NCBI GenBank assembly: GCA_033442325.1
Contig: JAWQFM010000026.1
Location: 1-64,000 of the forward strand
Direction of reading: 5' to 3'
From: Salpingoeca rosetta
Taxonomy: Eukaryota; Protista; Choanoflagellata
Length of the DNA stretch: 64,000 bases
Below the pieces are notes generated by a model. That model had not been told where the DNA came from and ran no database searches. It worked only from the letters and a program-made list of their open reading frames with translations. Below, piece after piece: positions 39,093 to 52,900 of the stretch; positions within the stretch are counted from its first letter, which is position 1; the number at the start of each line of letters is the position of its first letter. The position numbers and the translations under genes are program-made.

Positions 39093-41067
39093 ATGCACGC
39101 TTCGCGAGGCCGGTTTGCCAGCTTGTCTCCGATGCTGCTCCGAGCAGCGGCTGTTGTGGTTGTGGCAGCCCTTGCCGTGGCAGCAACGTGCACGCTGGCC
39201 ACAACGACAACGGACGGCGGCACCACGGCGTCCAATGTCGACAGCGCCGGGTGCCTGTGGGAGTGGCAGTACACGCCATGCAGCGCGCCGTGCGATGGAG
39301 GCACCTTCTCGCGACACAAGGTTGTGCTGAGCCGGCCAGACTCCAACGCCACATGCGAGGTCATTGCCAACCAGACAAGCATCCCCTGCAACACATTTCC
39401 CTGCTCGGCTACTGGCGACGACCAGCAGCAGTACATGGAGGACCCGGAGCTGCGTGTGAGCGACGGCAACATCATCGTTGCCCTGCCCACCACGGCCAAC
39501 GACTTGCGCATCGTGCGAGGAAGCGCCAACGAGGCCCAGCAACAACAGCAACAACAGCAACAACAGCAGGAGAGCGTTGGCCTCTTCTCCGACATTATGG
39601 CGCAGCTGTCTGCGCTACAGTCCACCCAGGACACCATTCTTTCTCGTCTCTCCTCTGTGCAAGTCGCCATGTCACAATCCTCCTCCGCCATCGAAGCCTC
39701 CCTTTCCTCTGAAGTGGACGCCCTCATCACCACGCAACTCCAGGTGTGTGTGTGTGTGGGTGTGTGTGTGTGTGTGTGTGTGGGTGTGTGTGTGGGTGTG
39801 TGTGTGGGTGTGTGTGGGTGTGTGTGGGTGTGTGTGTGTGGAGGCAAGTGCGTGTACGTGTGTGTTTGCTTTCAACCGTGTGCAACAAGACACCCTTCAG
39901 AAATGCCATTCCCTCAGACCCTCATGTACTTCTTCTCCCATCGTTTCCGTGTCTTCCCTGCCACAGGCGTCTGCCAATGCTTCCCATGCGACGGCGTCGT
40001 TGGAGATGCGCGTTGCTTCCAACACTGCAAGTATCGACGCCGCAGCCACCTCCCAACAAAGCATCAGCCGTACGTAACATGCGTGTGTGTGTGTCTGTGT
40101 CTGTCTGTCTGCCTGCATCTCTCCGTCTCTCTCTCCTCCCCCCCCCCTTGTCTCTGTATTGATGACTGTGTGCTTGAAACAAGATGAGCCTCAGAAGCGC
40201 AGGAAACGTCAGATTTGTGCGTGCGTTTGTGCTGTTGGTTGCTGTCTCCCATCATGATGTTGTTCCCTCTGCGCTCAACTCTCGCCAACGACTCACGCAC
40301 TATCACCATCACCACCAACATCACCGCCAACATCAACACCACCACCTTCGCCACCACCATCGGCAACGACTGCAGAGCTGGCAAGCTCCCTGTCGCAAGG
40401 GGTGCAGATGGCCAGCGTGAGCTTGGGCAGCCGCCTCGATGACCAAGAAGCGCGCACAGCAGGCCTGCTCAACGGCTTTGAAACCATTACCACGAGCAAG
40501 CTCCCTTCCCTGCAATCGCAGATTGTGAGCACCGCCGACATGACGGACGACGTTGACGCACTGGCCACGCAGCTGTCCACGTCCATCGGTGACGTGTCCA
40601 GTGTGGTGGCGGCGCAGCCACGGTTCTCCACCTATGAATTCGGGCGCCAATGCAGCGGCTCGTACTACTTCACAGACGTGTACGGCACAACGCATGTCAT
40701 CTCCGACAGCGTCACCACGGACACGGTTGTCTTTGACCAGGAGTCGCGCACCGGGTTTGCGTTTTTCCCGTCAGACCCGACCCAGCGCGACGGTGCCATG
40801 TGGTATTTGGCTGTGGAGGGCGGTGCGGGCATCTCGTGCCAGATTGTCAGCTACGAGGATGATGCGATCCGCGGCTACCACTTCCTCACCGCCACCGACA
40901 ACGGCAACAGCAGCCCCCTCCCGTCTCTCTGGGGCATGAACGGCGTGGGCACGCTCATCCTTCGCGTCGAATACACGTACTGCTCCCCCGATGACCGCGC
41001 CGCCAACACCTGCTCGCACCCATCTGCCCTTCACAAATGCGAGAGCTACTCCATCCTTTGCTTCTGA
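39093..41067 (+). CDS. Secreted thrombospondin-type-1 / coiled-coil protein with unassigned C-terminal domain
   Basis: Exons 39093-39743, 39967-40069, 40376-41067 join in phase. Signal peptide LLRAAAVVVVAALAVAA. TSP1 motif CLWEWQYTPCSAPCDGGTFSRH..C..PCNTFPC, then long Ser/Ala/Leu heptads and an aromatic/Cys-rich ~150-aa head. Confidence 0.85.
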
Positions 41068-41814
41068 TCGTGTGTATGTGCGTGTGCATGTGCGTGCGTG
41101 CGCGCGTGCGTATCTACGTGTGTGCGTGTGTGTGTGTGTGCGCACGCGTGTGTATCTTCCTTGTGTGTCTGATCGTGTGCATGTGCGTGCATGTGTATCT
41201 ACGTGTGTGTATCTTTCCTCTTTTCCTTGTGTACTTGTTTGTGCATGCATGACATTTCCATCTTGTGGCGTTGTTCATGCATTTTCATGTAGCTGTGTAT
41301 GTATCTCCTCTTTGGGGGATGACGTAGGCATGCGCGCGTGTGACGGCATGGTTACTCTTCACCACCACCACCACCACGTGTGGGAAGCCTTGCTTTGCTT
41401 CTGTGCTTCTGTGTGCTTGTTTGTTGATGGTTGATGTTTAAGTGCTATTTCCTTGGTTTCCTGGCTTTACAGACCCCTTTTCACCCTTGCCTGCATTACT
41501 GTCGGTGTGCCTGCGTGCTTGCTTACTTCTTTAGTTCTTTAGCCCCTTGCTTTGCAGTGTTACTGCGTGCGTGTACCTTTTGAGTCTTTGCGTGGTGCTG
41601 GGCTGCGTGCTGTGTGGTTGTGGGTGTGTGATGTTGTGACATGATGTGACATGTGACAGCTGTGAGATAGCTTTTGTCGCCAACCACACACTCGTAGCCA
41701 CAGAACATTGGTGAAAACTTCTCAGTAAATTTCGTCAACCCACCTGCGAAGATGAGAAGGACGGGCTGTGGTGGTGGTGCTGTCCTTCCAAGCGCCCGCA
41801 GCCACCGCAAACCC

Positions 41815-43257
41815 ATGTTGTCGCGTGTGCCTGCGACGCTGCTTGCGGCAGTGTTGGTGGCGTTGTGCGGGGTGTCTGCGGGGCTGCTGGAGGAGGCGCC
41901 TGAGCCCCCTCCGCAGCACCGGATCAGCGGCGATGCGCTTGGGAACTTGCACATCAACACCAGCAACCCCGAAACGGGGCGTGTCATCATCAATGGCATT
42001 GACGTCCTGCAGGAAAACGCGCAGCTCCGGGCCGAGCTGTCGCAGCTCCGTCAAGACGTCATGCAAGCCCTCGCCACAACCACAGCAACCACAACAACCA
42101 CCACAGCAACGGCAACAACAACACCAACAAATCCGTTGGCACCCGTCACGACAACCACCCGATCAACGACAAGCACGGCCACCACAGCTACAAGCCCCAT
42201 CATCACGTCCTGTGACGCCATCACCGCTGTGCGTCTTCAAGCAGGCGCTTCGGCAATAGATATGTGGCGCGGTGGCGTGCTGTATTCGCCGAAAGACACT
42301 ATTTACGCCGCCCCGTTTGACGCAACAAGCGTGCTCATGATCCGCCTTGCGAAGAGCCAAGATGGCGTCGTTTTGTCTCCGTCCACGACCCTGGATATCA
42401 CAACCATCTCCGACTTGTCGGGCGCAGCGAACAAGTGGTCTGCAAGCGTCCTCCTCGACGACCGCATCTACGGCATCCCGTTTCGTGCCTCCGATGTGCT
42501 TGTCATCAACCCTGTCAACAACGTCGCCAACACAGTGTCGCTACCGGGTGAGCTTCAGGCAACCAGCAACGCGTGGAGTGGCGCGGGCGTGCTCAACAAC
42601 AAGATTTACTGCATTCCACACAGCTCAAGCACCAACATTCTCGTGCTCACCCCCACCCAAGGTGGTCCGCTGTCCTTCTCGCTGGCGTCCGTGGATACTA
42701 CCGCTTCCTCCATGTGGTTTGGCGCCACACAGCTCTCCAGTGAGAGCATCATCGGCTGGCCGTACCAGGGGAACCAGTTCATTGGCCTCCAAGCCACGGG
42801 CGGCACAGATGCCACCATCTCCACCCACGACGCAAGGGGCACGTCGGGCCTCTGTTCCGGTGCAGTTGCGTTCAATCGGGCCATCGGTCTTCCATGCATG
42901 CCAAACGTGGAGCCGCCACGGCAAATCCTGCGCATCGCAGAAAAGCTCGCCTCTGGGCAGCAGGGGTTCAACAGCGACGCCGAACAACTTCCAGACGACT
43001 ACACTGGGCCGTGGCGCAGGGCTGCGAGTGTCAACGACGTGGTAGTGGGCATGCCATACTTCGGCAACACCCTGCTCGTCGTCATGAATGGTGGTCTCCA
43101 CAACAGTGACTTCCACGTGGTGGATGTGGCGGCGAGCGATGGTCAGGGCCTGAGTTTCGGCGGCGCTGTCGCTGTTGGTGATTACATCTTTGCCATTCCG
43201 GCGGGCTCCCCCTTTGTCCTCATCGTCGACACCTCCCAACTCATGGCCTGCCTCTAG
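41815..43257 (+). CDS. Intronless secreted protein: short coiled coil, Thr-rich stalk, beta-propeller repeats
   Basis: MLSRVPATLLAAVLVALCGVSA signal peptide; GRVIINGIDVLQENAQLRAELSQLRQ; Thr tract; about 7 repeats of W.G.VL....IY.IP..A..VL.I (WRGGVLYSPKDTIYAAPF, KWSASVLLDDRIYGIPF, WSGAGVLNNKIYCIPH, FGGAVAVGDYIFAIPA). An alternative ATG lies at 41752. Confidence 0.88.
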   Translation: MLSRVPATLLAAVLVALCGVSAGLLEEAPEPPPQHRISGDALGNLHINTSNPETGRVIINGIDVLQENAQLRAELSQLRQDVMQALATTTATTTTTTATATTTPTNPLAPVTTTTRSTTSTATTATSPIITSCDAITAVRLQAGASAIDMWRGGVLYSPKDTIYAAPFDATSVLMIRLAKSQDGVVLSPSTTLDITTISDLSGAANKWSASVLLDDRIYGIPFRASDVLVINPVNNVANTVSLPGELQATSNAWSGAGVLNNKIYCIPHSSSTNILVLTPTQGGPLSFSLASVDTTASSMWFGATQLSSESIIGWPYQGNQFIGLQATGGTDATISTHDARGTSGLCSGAVAFNRAIGLPCMPNVEPPRQILRIAEKLASGQQGFNSDAEQLPDDYTGPWRRAASVNDVVVGMPYFGNTLLVVMNGGLHNSDFHVVDVAASDGQGLSFGGAVAVGDYIFAIPAGSPFVLIVDTSQLMACL

Positions 43258-43325
43258 TAGATGTGTGCGTGCATGCATGCATGTGTGTGTGTGTGTGTGT
43301 GTGCTATTGCGTGTGCGTGTGTGTA

Positions 43326-43358
<33 letters not shown>

Positions 43359-43974
43359 ACATGTGCCTGAGGGTACATGCTCGCTGAAGACAAGTGTGCC
43401 TGCCACGTGCTTGTTGTTGCTGCCCGCACGACTTCATCCTCCCTGTTAAGCACTGGATGTCATGCTTCGTGCTTATGTTACAACCACCCTCAGTGCTCAA
43501 ATGAATGCGACAACCCGACAGAAAGAAGGAGTTGTTTATGCATGAAAAGCGTTGGCACGTGTGTGCATGACTCGGCGAAGAAAAAAAAAGCGAAGGGGGG
43601 GGGGGCGGGCTTGGGGTTGAAGTCGTTTGATGCGCCTATGATGGACATGAAAGGCTCAACTTGTGACAACGAAAGAACCAAAAGCAGCAGCAGCAGCTAA
43701 TGACAAGAACGGATGGGTTGTAAACACACAGAAGAACACTTGGCGCATGCAGGGAATTCATGTCAGACACATGATGACAACAAAAACCGCAAACACCATG
43801 GCTCATGCCTCACATGAACATGAAGATGTGACACGGATGCGGCTACGAACACAAATGTGCACTGGGGGGGGGGGAAGGACAGAAACCAAAATGAAAGAAT
43901 GATAACAGGCTACATACGCAGTGTTGGATTGGGGGCGGGGGAGGAGATGGTGGTGAAACAGCACACTGGTGCCA

Positions 43975-44245
43975 TCACACTTCGGAGTCGTCGAGGTCCT
44001 GCAGGAAGGCGGGCTCGGCCACAGTGACACCGCACCTATCCTCGGCCTCTGCACCGTTGGTGGCCAGATCGCGTGCAATCACCAGCCGACGGCTCCGCTC
44101 GTCCTTCTCCATCCCGCTGGTGGAGAGGAGAAGTTTGGGGGGGGGGGTGGGGCAGGTGGAGGAGTGGAGATGTGTGAGTGTGTGGGAGAAGGAGGAGGAG
44201 GCGGAAGGAAGAGCACTTGGAAGACCGACACAGACAGACACACAT

Positions 44246-44315
<70 letters not shown>

Positions 44316-44403
44316 CACACACACATACACAAACACACACACACATACAAAAACACACACACACATACAAACACACACACATACACACACACACACACAT
44401 ACA

Positions 44404-44493
<90 letters not shown>

Positions 44494-45980
44494 TACCGCC
44501 AGACGCTAAAGTCCTCGGTGACCTCATACTTGTGCGCACGGTAGAGGTCCTTGAAGGCGAGCAGCCGCGTCATGATGAAGTTGGTGATGGTCGTGGCCAC
44601 CGCAAGCAGCGCAAGACCCGTCACAATCGTCGTCATGAGCGTGAGAAAGTCAAACTGGCCCAGCTCGCCGGTCTGCACGAAGATGAGGCGCGCGCCGTGG
44701 CGGTTGAGGATTTGCCGCTGCCGTCCGTTGTTGAACGTGCGCACTTGCTCCACCTTGAACTCGGCGTCGTTGAGTGTGCGCGGCTGATACGAATACCGCA
44801 GGTCGCTCGAGCCAACCATCTCGTAGCTGGAGCGGAAAAGGGTGTGTGTGTATGTGAGTGAGTGAGTGAGTGAGTGAGTGAGTGAGTGAGTGAGTGAGTG
44901 AGTGAGTGAGTGAGTAAGTGAGTGAGTGAGTGAGTGAGTGTATGTGTGTATGTGAGTGAGTGTGTGTATGTGAGTGAGTGTGTATGTGTATGTGAGTGAG
45001 TGTGTATGTGTATGTGTGTATGTGAGTGAGTGTGTATGTGTATGTGTGTATGTGAGTGAGTGTGTGTGTATTTTCGCGTGTATGTGCATGNNNNNNNNNN
45101 NNNNNNNNNNNNNNNNNNNNNNNNNNNNNNNNNNNNNNNNNNNNNNNNNNNNNNNNNNNNNNNNNNNNNNNNNNNNNNNNNNNNNNNNNNNNNNNNNNNN
45201 NNNNNNNNNNNNNNNNNNNNNNNNNNNNNNNNNNNNNNNNNNNNNNNNNNNNNNNNNNNNNNNNNNNNNNNNNNNNNNNNNNNNNNNNNNNNNNNNNNNN
45301 NNNNNNNNNNNNNNNNNNNNNNNNNNNNNNNNNNNNNNNNNNNNNNNNNNNNNNNNNNNNNNNNNNNNNNNNNNNNNNNNNNNNNNNNNNNNNNNNNNNN
45401 NNNNNNNNNNNNNNNNNNNNNNNNNNNNNNNNNNNNNNNNNNNNNNNNNNNNNNNNNNNNNNNNNNNNNNNNNNNNNNNNNNNNNNNNNNNNNNNNNNNN
45501 NNNNNNNNNNNNNNNNNNNNNNNNNNNNNNNNNNNNNNNNNNNNNNNNNNNNNNNNNNNNNNNNNNNNNNNNNNNNNNNNNNNNNNNNNNNNNNNNNNNN
45601 NNNNNNNNNNNNNNNNNNNNNNNNNNNNNNNNNNNNNNNNNNNNNNNNNNNNNNNNNNNNNNNNNNNNNNNNNNNNNNNNNNNNNNNNNNNNNNNNGTGG
45701 GGATGCGGATTTTAAATTCTTCCGTTGGCAATGTAGGAGAATCGTGCGTGCCGTTTTGCATGTTCCTTTTTTTGGTTGGGGATGCCGGGTGATATTGGGA
45801 GTGTTGCATTTCTGTATGCATGCTGTCTGCAGAAGACGCACACACCCATGCACACATGCACACACACACACACACGCACACACACGGACGCGCGCACACA
45901 CACACACACACGCACACACGGACGCGCGCACACACACACACGCACACAGCACACACAGCACACATGCACGCACGCACACG

Positions 45981-46049
<69 letters not shown>

Positions 46050-46380
46050 CAGGTACACGTACCTGCAGCCGTGGACGAAAAAATCTGTGCGGCAGTCAAT
46101 GGAGGGGTCGATGGTGTTGTTTGCCGTCTCCATCGTGATGTTCACACGCGATGTCTTGGAATTAAAGTGTGCATGATGTGTGATGAAGCAAAGTGAATCA
46201 CGGATACAACACAGGAGGAGGAGGTGGTGGTGGTGGTGGAGGTGGTGGTGGTGGAGGAGGAGAGAGAGAGCAAACAAGGCATTGGTGATGGTGCAAACAC
46301 AACGGGCGAGCGTTGACGATGGCATAGGAGAGCATACCACGACGGTGCTGTAGTCCTTGCCGACAGGGAACTGCGTGGAT

Positions 46381-46466
<86 letters not shown>

Positions 46467-47268
46467 NNNNNNNNNNNNNNNNNNNNNNNNNNNNNNNNNN
46501 NNNNNNNNNNNNNNNNNNNNNNNNNNNNNNNNNNNNNNNNNNNNNNNNNNNNNNNNNNNNNNNNNNNNNNNNNNNNNNNNNNNNNNNNNNNNNNNNNNNN
46601 NNNNNNNNNNNNNNNNNNNNNNNNNNNNNNNNNNNNNNNNNNNNNNNNNNNNNNNNNNNNNNNNNNNNNNNNNNNNNNNNNNNNNNNNNNNNNNNNNNNN
46701 NNNNNNNNNNNNNNNNNNNNNNNNNNNNNNNNNNNNNNNNNNNNNNNNNNNNNNNNNNNNNNNNNNNNNNNNNNNNNNNNNNNNNNNNNNNNNNNNNNNN
46801 NNNNNNNNNNNNNNNNNNNNNNNNNNNNNNNNNNNNNNNNNNNNNNNNNNNNNNNNNNNNNNNNNNNNNNNNNNNNNNNNNNNNNNNNNNNNNNNNNNNN
46901 NNNNNNNNNNNNNNNNNNNNNNNNNNNNNNNNNNNNNNNNNNNNNNNNNNNNNNNNNNNNNNNNNNNNNNNNNNNNNNNNNNNNNNNNNNNNNNNNNNNN
47001 NNNNNNNNNNNNNNNNNNNNNNNNNNNNNNNNNNNNNNNNNNNNNNNNNNNNNNNNNNNNNNNNNNNNNNNNNNNNNNNNNNNNNNNNNNNNNNNNNNNN
47101 NNNNNNNNNNNNNNNNNNNNNNNNNNNNNNNNNNNNNNNNNNNNNNNNNNNNNNNNTTTAAGATTTATGATAGATGGAGATGGTGACGTGATGGCGAGGA
47201 GAGAAGGTGGACATACTTGTAGACAGATGGGCATGTCAAATACAAAAAGAGAGAAAAAAAAAAATAAA

Positions 47269-47359
<91 letters not shown>

Positions 47360-47660
47360 ACACAGACACACACACACACACACACAGGCAGACAGAGGCA
47401 CACACACACGCACACACACACAGGCACACACACAGACACACACAGACACACACAGACACACACACACAGACACACACAGGCACACACAGAGAGACACACA
47501 CACACACAGACACACACAGGCACACACACATATAGACTTCCCCCCTCTCTCCCTCCCTCCATCAGGCTCACTCGTCAATGTCGCCGAGGCCGAGCTTGGC
47601 AAAGCAGCCCTGCATCCATGAGCAGGACCTGTCCATGGCCTCTGCATTTGTGAGGGACAT
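43975..47660 (-). CDS. P2X receptor (ATP-gated channel family, Dictyostelium/algal-like); central exons lost in assembly gaps
   Basis: Exon ~44496-44827 reads [60 protein letters not shown] (pre-TM2 G.F, TM2, YxxxK). Last exon ~44116-43975. Probable first exon 47660-47572. Internal pieces at ~46063-46160 and ~46335-46380. TM1 and the YxTxK motif are not visible (gaps). Confidence 0.82.
44855..45065. repeat. (GTGA)n / (GT)n microsatellite; other simple repeats are (GAA)n 10645-10689, (TACA)n ~32833-32913 and (CT)n ~60282-60603
   Basis: Directly visible. Confidence 0.9.
45091..47156. other. Assembly gaps 45091-45696 and 46467-47156; others at 5962-6061, 24010-24109, 28974-29073, 60392-60560
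   Basis: Runs of N, mostly next to microsatellite or low-complexity tracts. Confidence 1.
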
Positions 47661-47790
47661 GGTGTTGGCCGACGAGATGGATGGATGGATGGATCGCACG
47701 GGAACGCAGTGCGTGTGTGTGTGTGTGTGTGTGTTGTGGTCTCAGCCGTGGTTGATGCGAGGAAGGACGGTTGGTTGATGAGTGACCAGC

Positions 47791-47822
47791 GAGCGGCGAG
47801 CGGCGAGCGGCGAGCGGCGAGC
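47791..47822. repeat. (GAGCGGC)x4 heptamer array in a 279-bp divergent intergenic region
   Basis: gagcggc gagcggc gagcggc gagcggc gagc between the opposing ATGs at 47660 and 47940. Confidence 0.8.
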
Positions 47823-47939
47823 AATGCAGTGGCGTGTGGGCGTTGGTCGTGTTTGTGGTCCTGCGTGTGTGTGTTGGGTTGTTTTGCCTCTTGCTCCTCT
47901 CTCCTCCCAAAATAACACACACAAGCAACAACAACGAAG

Positions 47940-49435
<1,496 letters not shown>

Positions 49436-49451
49436 CGCGCCTTTTTCCTTT

Positions 49452-49508
<57 letters not shown>

Positions 49509-49877
49509 CTGAGCGCGCTGTACACCTCTCCTCGAATGCGTTCGTCGTATTTGTGGGCTTGTTCGATGGTTTTGACGCTTGCATCTTTGCTTTTGCATCT
49601 TCGCTGTTGGTTGTGCAATCTGTATTTCTGGCAACACTACATATATTGTAACGAGTACGAACGAGTCTATCCTCGATCGAGCAGCAAACGGGTCAGCATC
49701 CACGCAGACGCGCGCGCACGTAGGAACATGCATTCACATACACATAGCCAATCCACACTCATCAAGCCATACATAATCCATGCCCACACATACACATACA
49801 TCATGGTCAGCACACACACACACATACACATACATCATGGTCAGCACACACAACACACACACACACACACACATCAA

Positions 49878-49908
<31 letters not shown>

Positions 49909-49933
49909 TCAACAAACACCAAACGCCGCCACG

Positions 49934-52900
49934 TCAAACCACGGCAAGCATCCACTCGTGAACGGCCGAGTCAGCGTGGTCATCAAGGTGCAGCACACGG
50001 CCGCCGTTGTCATCATGATCATCATCATGATCATCGTCATCGTCATCCTCGTCTTCATCACAGGTGCCAATGTAGCTGGTGTTGCAGCTGCTGTCTGGGC
50101 TGGCCTCTGCACTGCTGCCGGCCACCAGTGCGTGGTGGTGACACTCCGTCCCCGCGCTGCGCAGTTTCCTCATGCGTCGTCGTCGGCGTCGTCGTCGTGT
50201 GCGCCGCTTCTTCCACAGCAGCTTGAGCTCCGTGTACGCAATCAGGCCAGCAGCGGCAATGAGGAAGAACACCCACGTGATGCCCTCGGGCGTGCGCGCG
50301 CCAACAAACACTTGTAGGCCCGGCACATACACCAGGATGAGCATGATGCAGACGGCGACGATGGCGCCGTACACCGCCACGATGTTGTTCAGCGGGTTGG
50401 TGCGGAAGATGGACACGCGCCCAGACTTGATCACCCACAGGTGCACTGCCTGTCCCAGGATGAGCGTCATGTACCACGCAGCCGTCGCCTGCCCGGCAAT
50501 CTCCTCCTGCTGCGCGGGCGTGAAGCAGCGGCCGTCCGACAGGCACAGCGGGTCTGGGTTGGCGCGGAAGTGGTTGTCGCCCTTCAGAAACACGTCGCCA
50601 AGCGTGAGCCCGTGGGAGGAGAACACGTGCACATATGCGAGGAAGCAGGCAACCATCTCAATGCCGCCGGCAATGAGGTACGAGTACGTGAGCAGCTCCC
50701 TGTTGACCATCTTCTTCTTCTTCGAGCGTGGGCGCCGCTTCATGATGCCGGGCTCGGCCGGCTCGTACGCGAGCGAGATGCCAGCCGCCATCTCCGTGCC
50801 CAGGTCGATGCTCAGGATCTGCAGCGACGTGAGGCCAATGGGCAGGCCGAGGGCAAGGTTCATGAGGACGGGCACAATCTCGGGCATGAGGTGGGTGAGG
50901 AGGTAGCGGATGGTCTTGCGCAGGTTGTCCATGATGAGCCGGCCCTGTTCAACGCCCAGCACAATGGATGCAAAGTTGTCGTCCATCAGGAGGGTGTCGG
51001 CCGCCTCCTTTGCCACGGCGTTGCCCTTGATGCCCATCGCAATGCCAATGTCAGCCTGCTTCAGCGCGGGTGCGTCGTTCACGCCGTCGCCAGTCACAGC
51101 AACAATCTCCCCAAACCGCTGGCACGCCTCCACAATCGTCAGCTTCTGCTGCGGGGTTGCGCGTGCAAACACGGCGCCGGGCAGCGACAGCACGCGTCGC
51201 CAGTGGTCGTCCGTGAACTTGTCGACAGAGTGGCTCATGTACACGCCGGGCTGGAACTCCCCCGGGATGGGGTCCGCTGCAGGGTGGTGGGCGACCGCGT
51301 TGAGGTGGTGCTCGTCCTCATCGTCAATATCACCGCCGTTGGTGCTGGTGAGGATGCCAACTTCCCTGGCAATGGCCGCCGCCGTGAGGGCGTGATCGCC
51401 AGTCACCATGTACACCTTGATGCCTGCCGTGCGGCACGCAGCCACCGCCCTGTCCACGTTGGGCCGGGGTGGGTCCGCCAGCGCACACAGACCAAGCAGC
51501 ACGTATCCCTCCAGTGGTGCGTTGTCCTCTGTCAGCTCCGTGTCATCCTCACCATCGTCGTCATCATCATCGTGCGTCATGCGTGGGACGAGGCGCGCAC
51601 ACAGACCAATGACGCGCCAGCTCTTGCCACCAAACCGCTCCAGGGCGGCGGTGAACTCGCGCTCAAAGTCGGCGTTGATGGGGATGACCTCGCCGTTCAT
51701 CATGTACGAATCACACTTGGACAGCACAATCTCGGGCGCGCCCTTGAGCATCGCAACGTCCATGTCGCTCGTCGCCGTGATGGCGGGCGTCGTCGTGGCA
51801 GTGGCGGTCGAGTCCTGCGTGGTGTCAGTCGTAGCACCAGCAGTAGCAGTAGCAGTGGAGCCGCCTGTGTTGCTGCTGCTGCTGTTGTTGTTGTTGTTGT
51901 TGTTGTTGTTGTCGTGTGCGAGCACGTTGGCTGCGGCGCGGACACGCGGGTCGGTGGGCCGGCCAATGACCAGCTGCCACTTATTGCGCGAGTTGAAGGG
52001 TATCTCGCCCACGATGTCAAACTGCTTGCGGCGCAGGTCCGTGTGGTAGTGCCGGTCTGTGAGCTGCAGCAGGGCGGCGTCTGAGGGATTGCCGATGTAC
52101 TCGCTCTCGTCAGACACGCTCTTGGTCATCTGGCGCGTGGCGTGGTTGCACACGCACGCAACCGTGCTCAGCCAGTGCAGGGTGGTGGTGTCGTTGTGTG
52201 CAGTGGGGAAGGCGGCGGTGAGGTTGTGGCTGCCGAGGTCCGTGTACACAACGCGGTTGCTCCACAGCGCGCGCGCGGACATCCTGTTCTGGGTGATGGT
52301 GCCTGTTTTGTCCGAGGCGATGACAGAGGCGGAGCCAAGCGTCTCCACCACGGCCAGCCGCTTGACAAACATGTTGTTGGCTGCCATGCGACGCGCGGTG
52401 ATGGTGAGGAGGGAGGTGACCGTGGCGGGCAGGCCCTGGGGCACGTTGGCGACAATGACGATGAGGAAGCCGTTGATGAAGATGTAGAGGGCGTTGTCGC
52501 CCTTCTGCCGGCCGACGCCAATGGCAAAGAACACCGCAGCCATGCTGATGGCCAGTACCGCCACGAACCGCACAAACGACGTCACCTCCCGCCCGAGCCG
52601 CGTGTCTGTGGAGCCAGCGGCTGCTGTTGCCGATGCAATCTTGCCAATCATGGTGTTGTCGCCCGTCCGCACCACCACGGCCGTGGCAGAGCCCTGCAGG
52701 CACTGGGAGCCCGAGAAGCCAAGGCAGGTTGCCTCGTGGGCGGCCGTGCCGGGGGTGGCAGCCTCAACCGTGCCGACAATCGGGGTGGACTCGCCCGTGA
52801 GGGAGGAGCACTCCACGCGCAGGGCGCTGCAGTGAAGGATGCGAACGTCCGCAGGCACGATGTCGCCCTCCTTGAAGACGATGATGTCGCCGACAACCAG

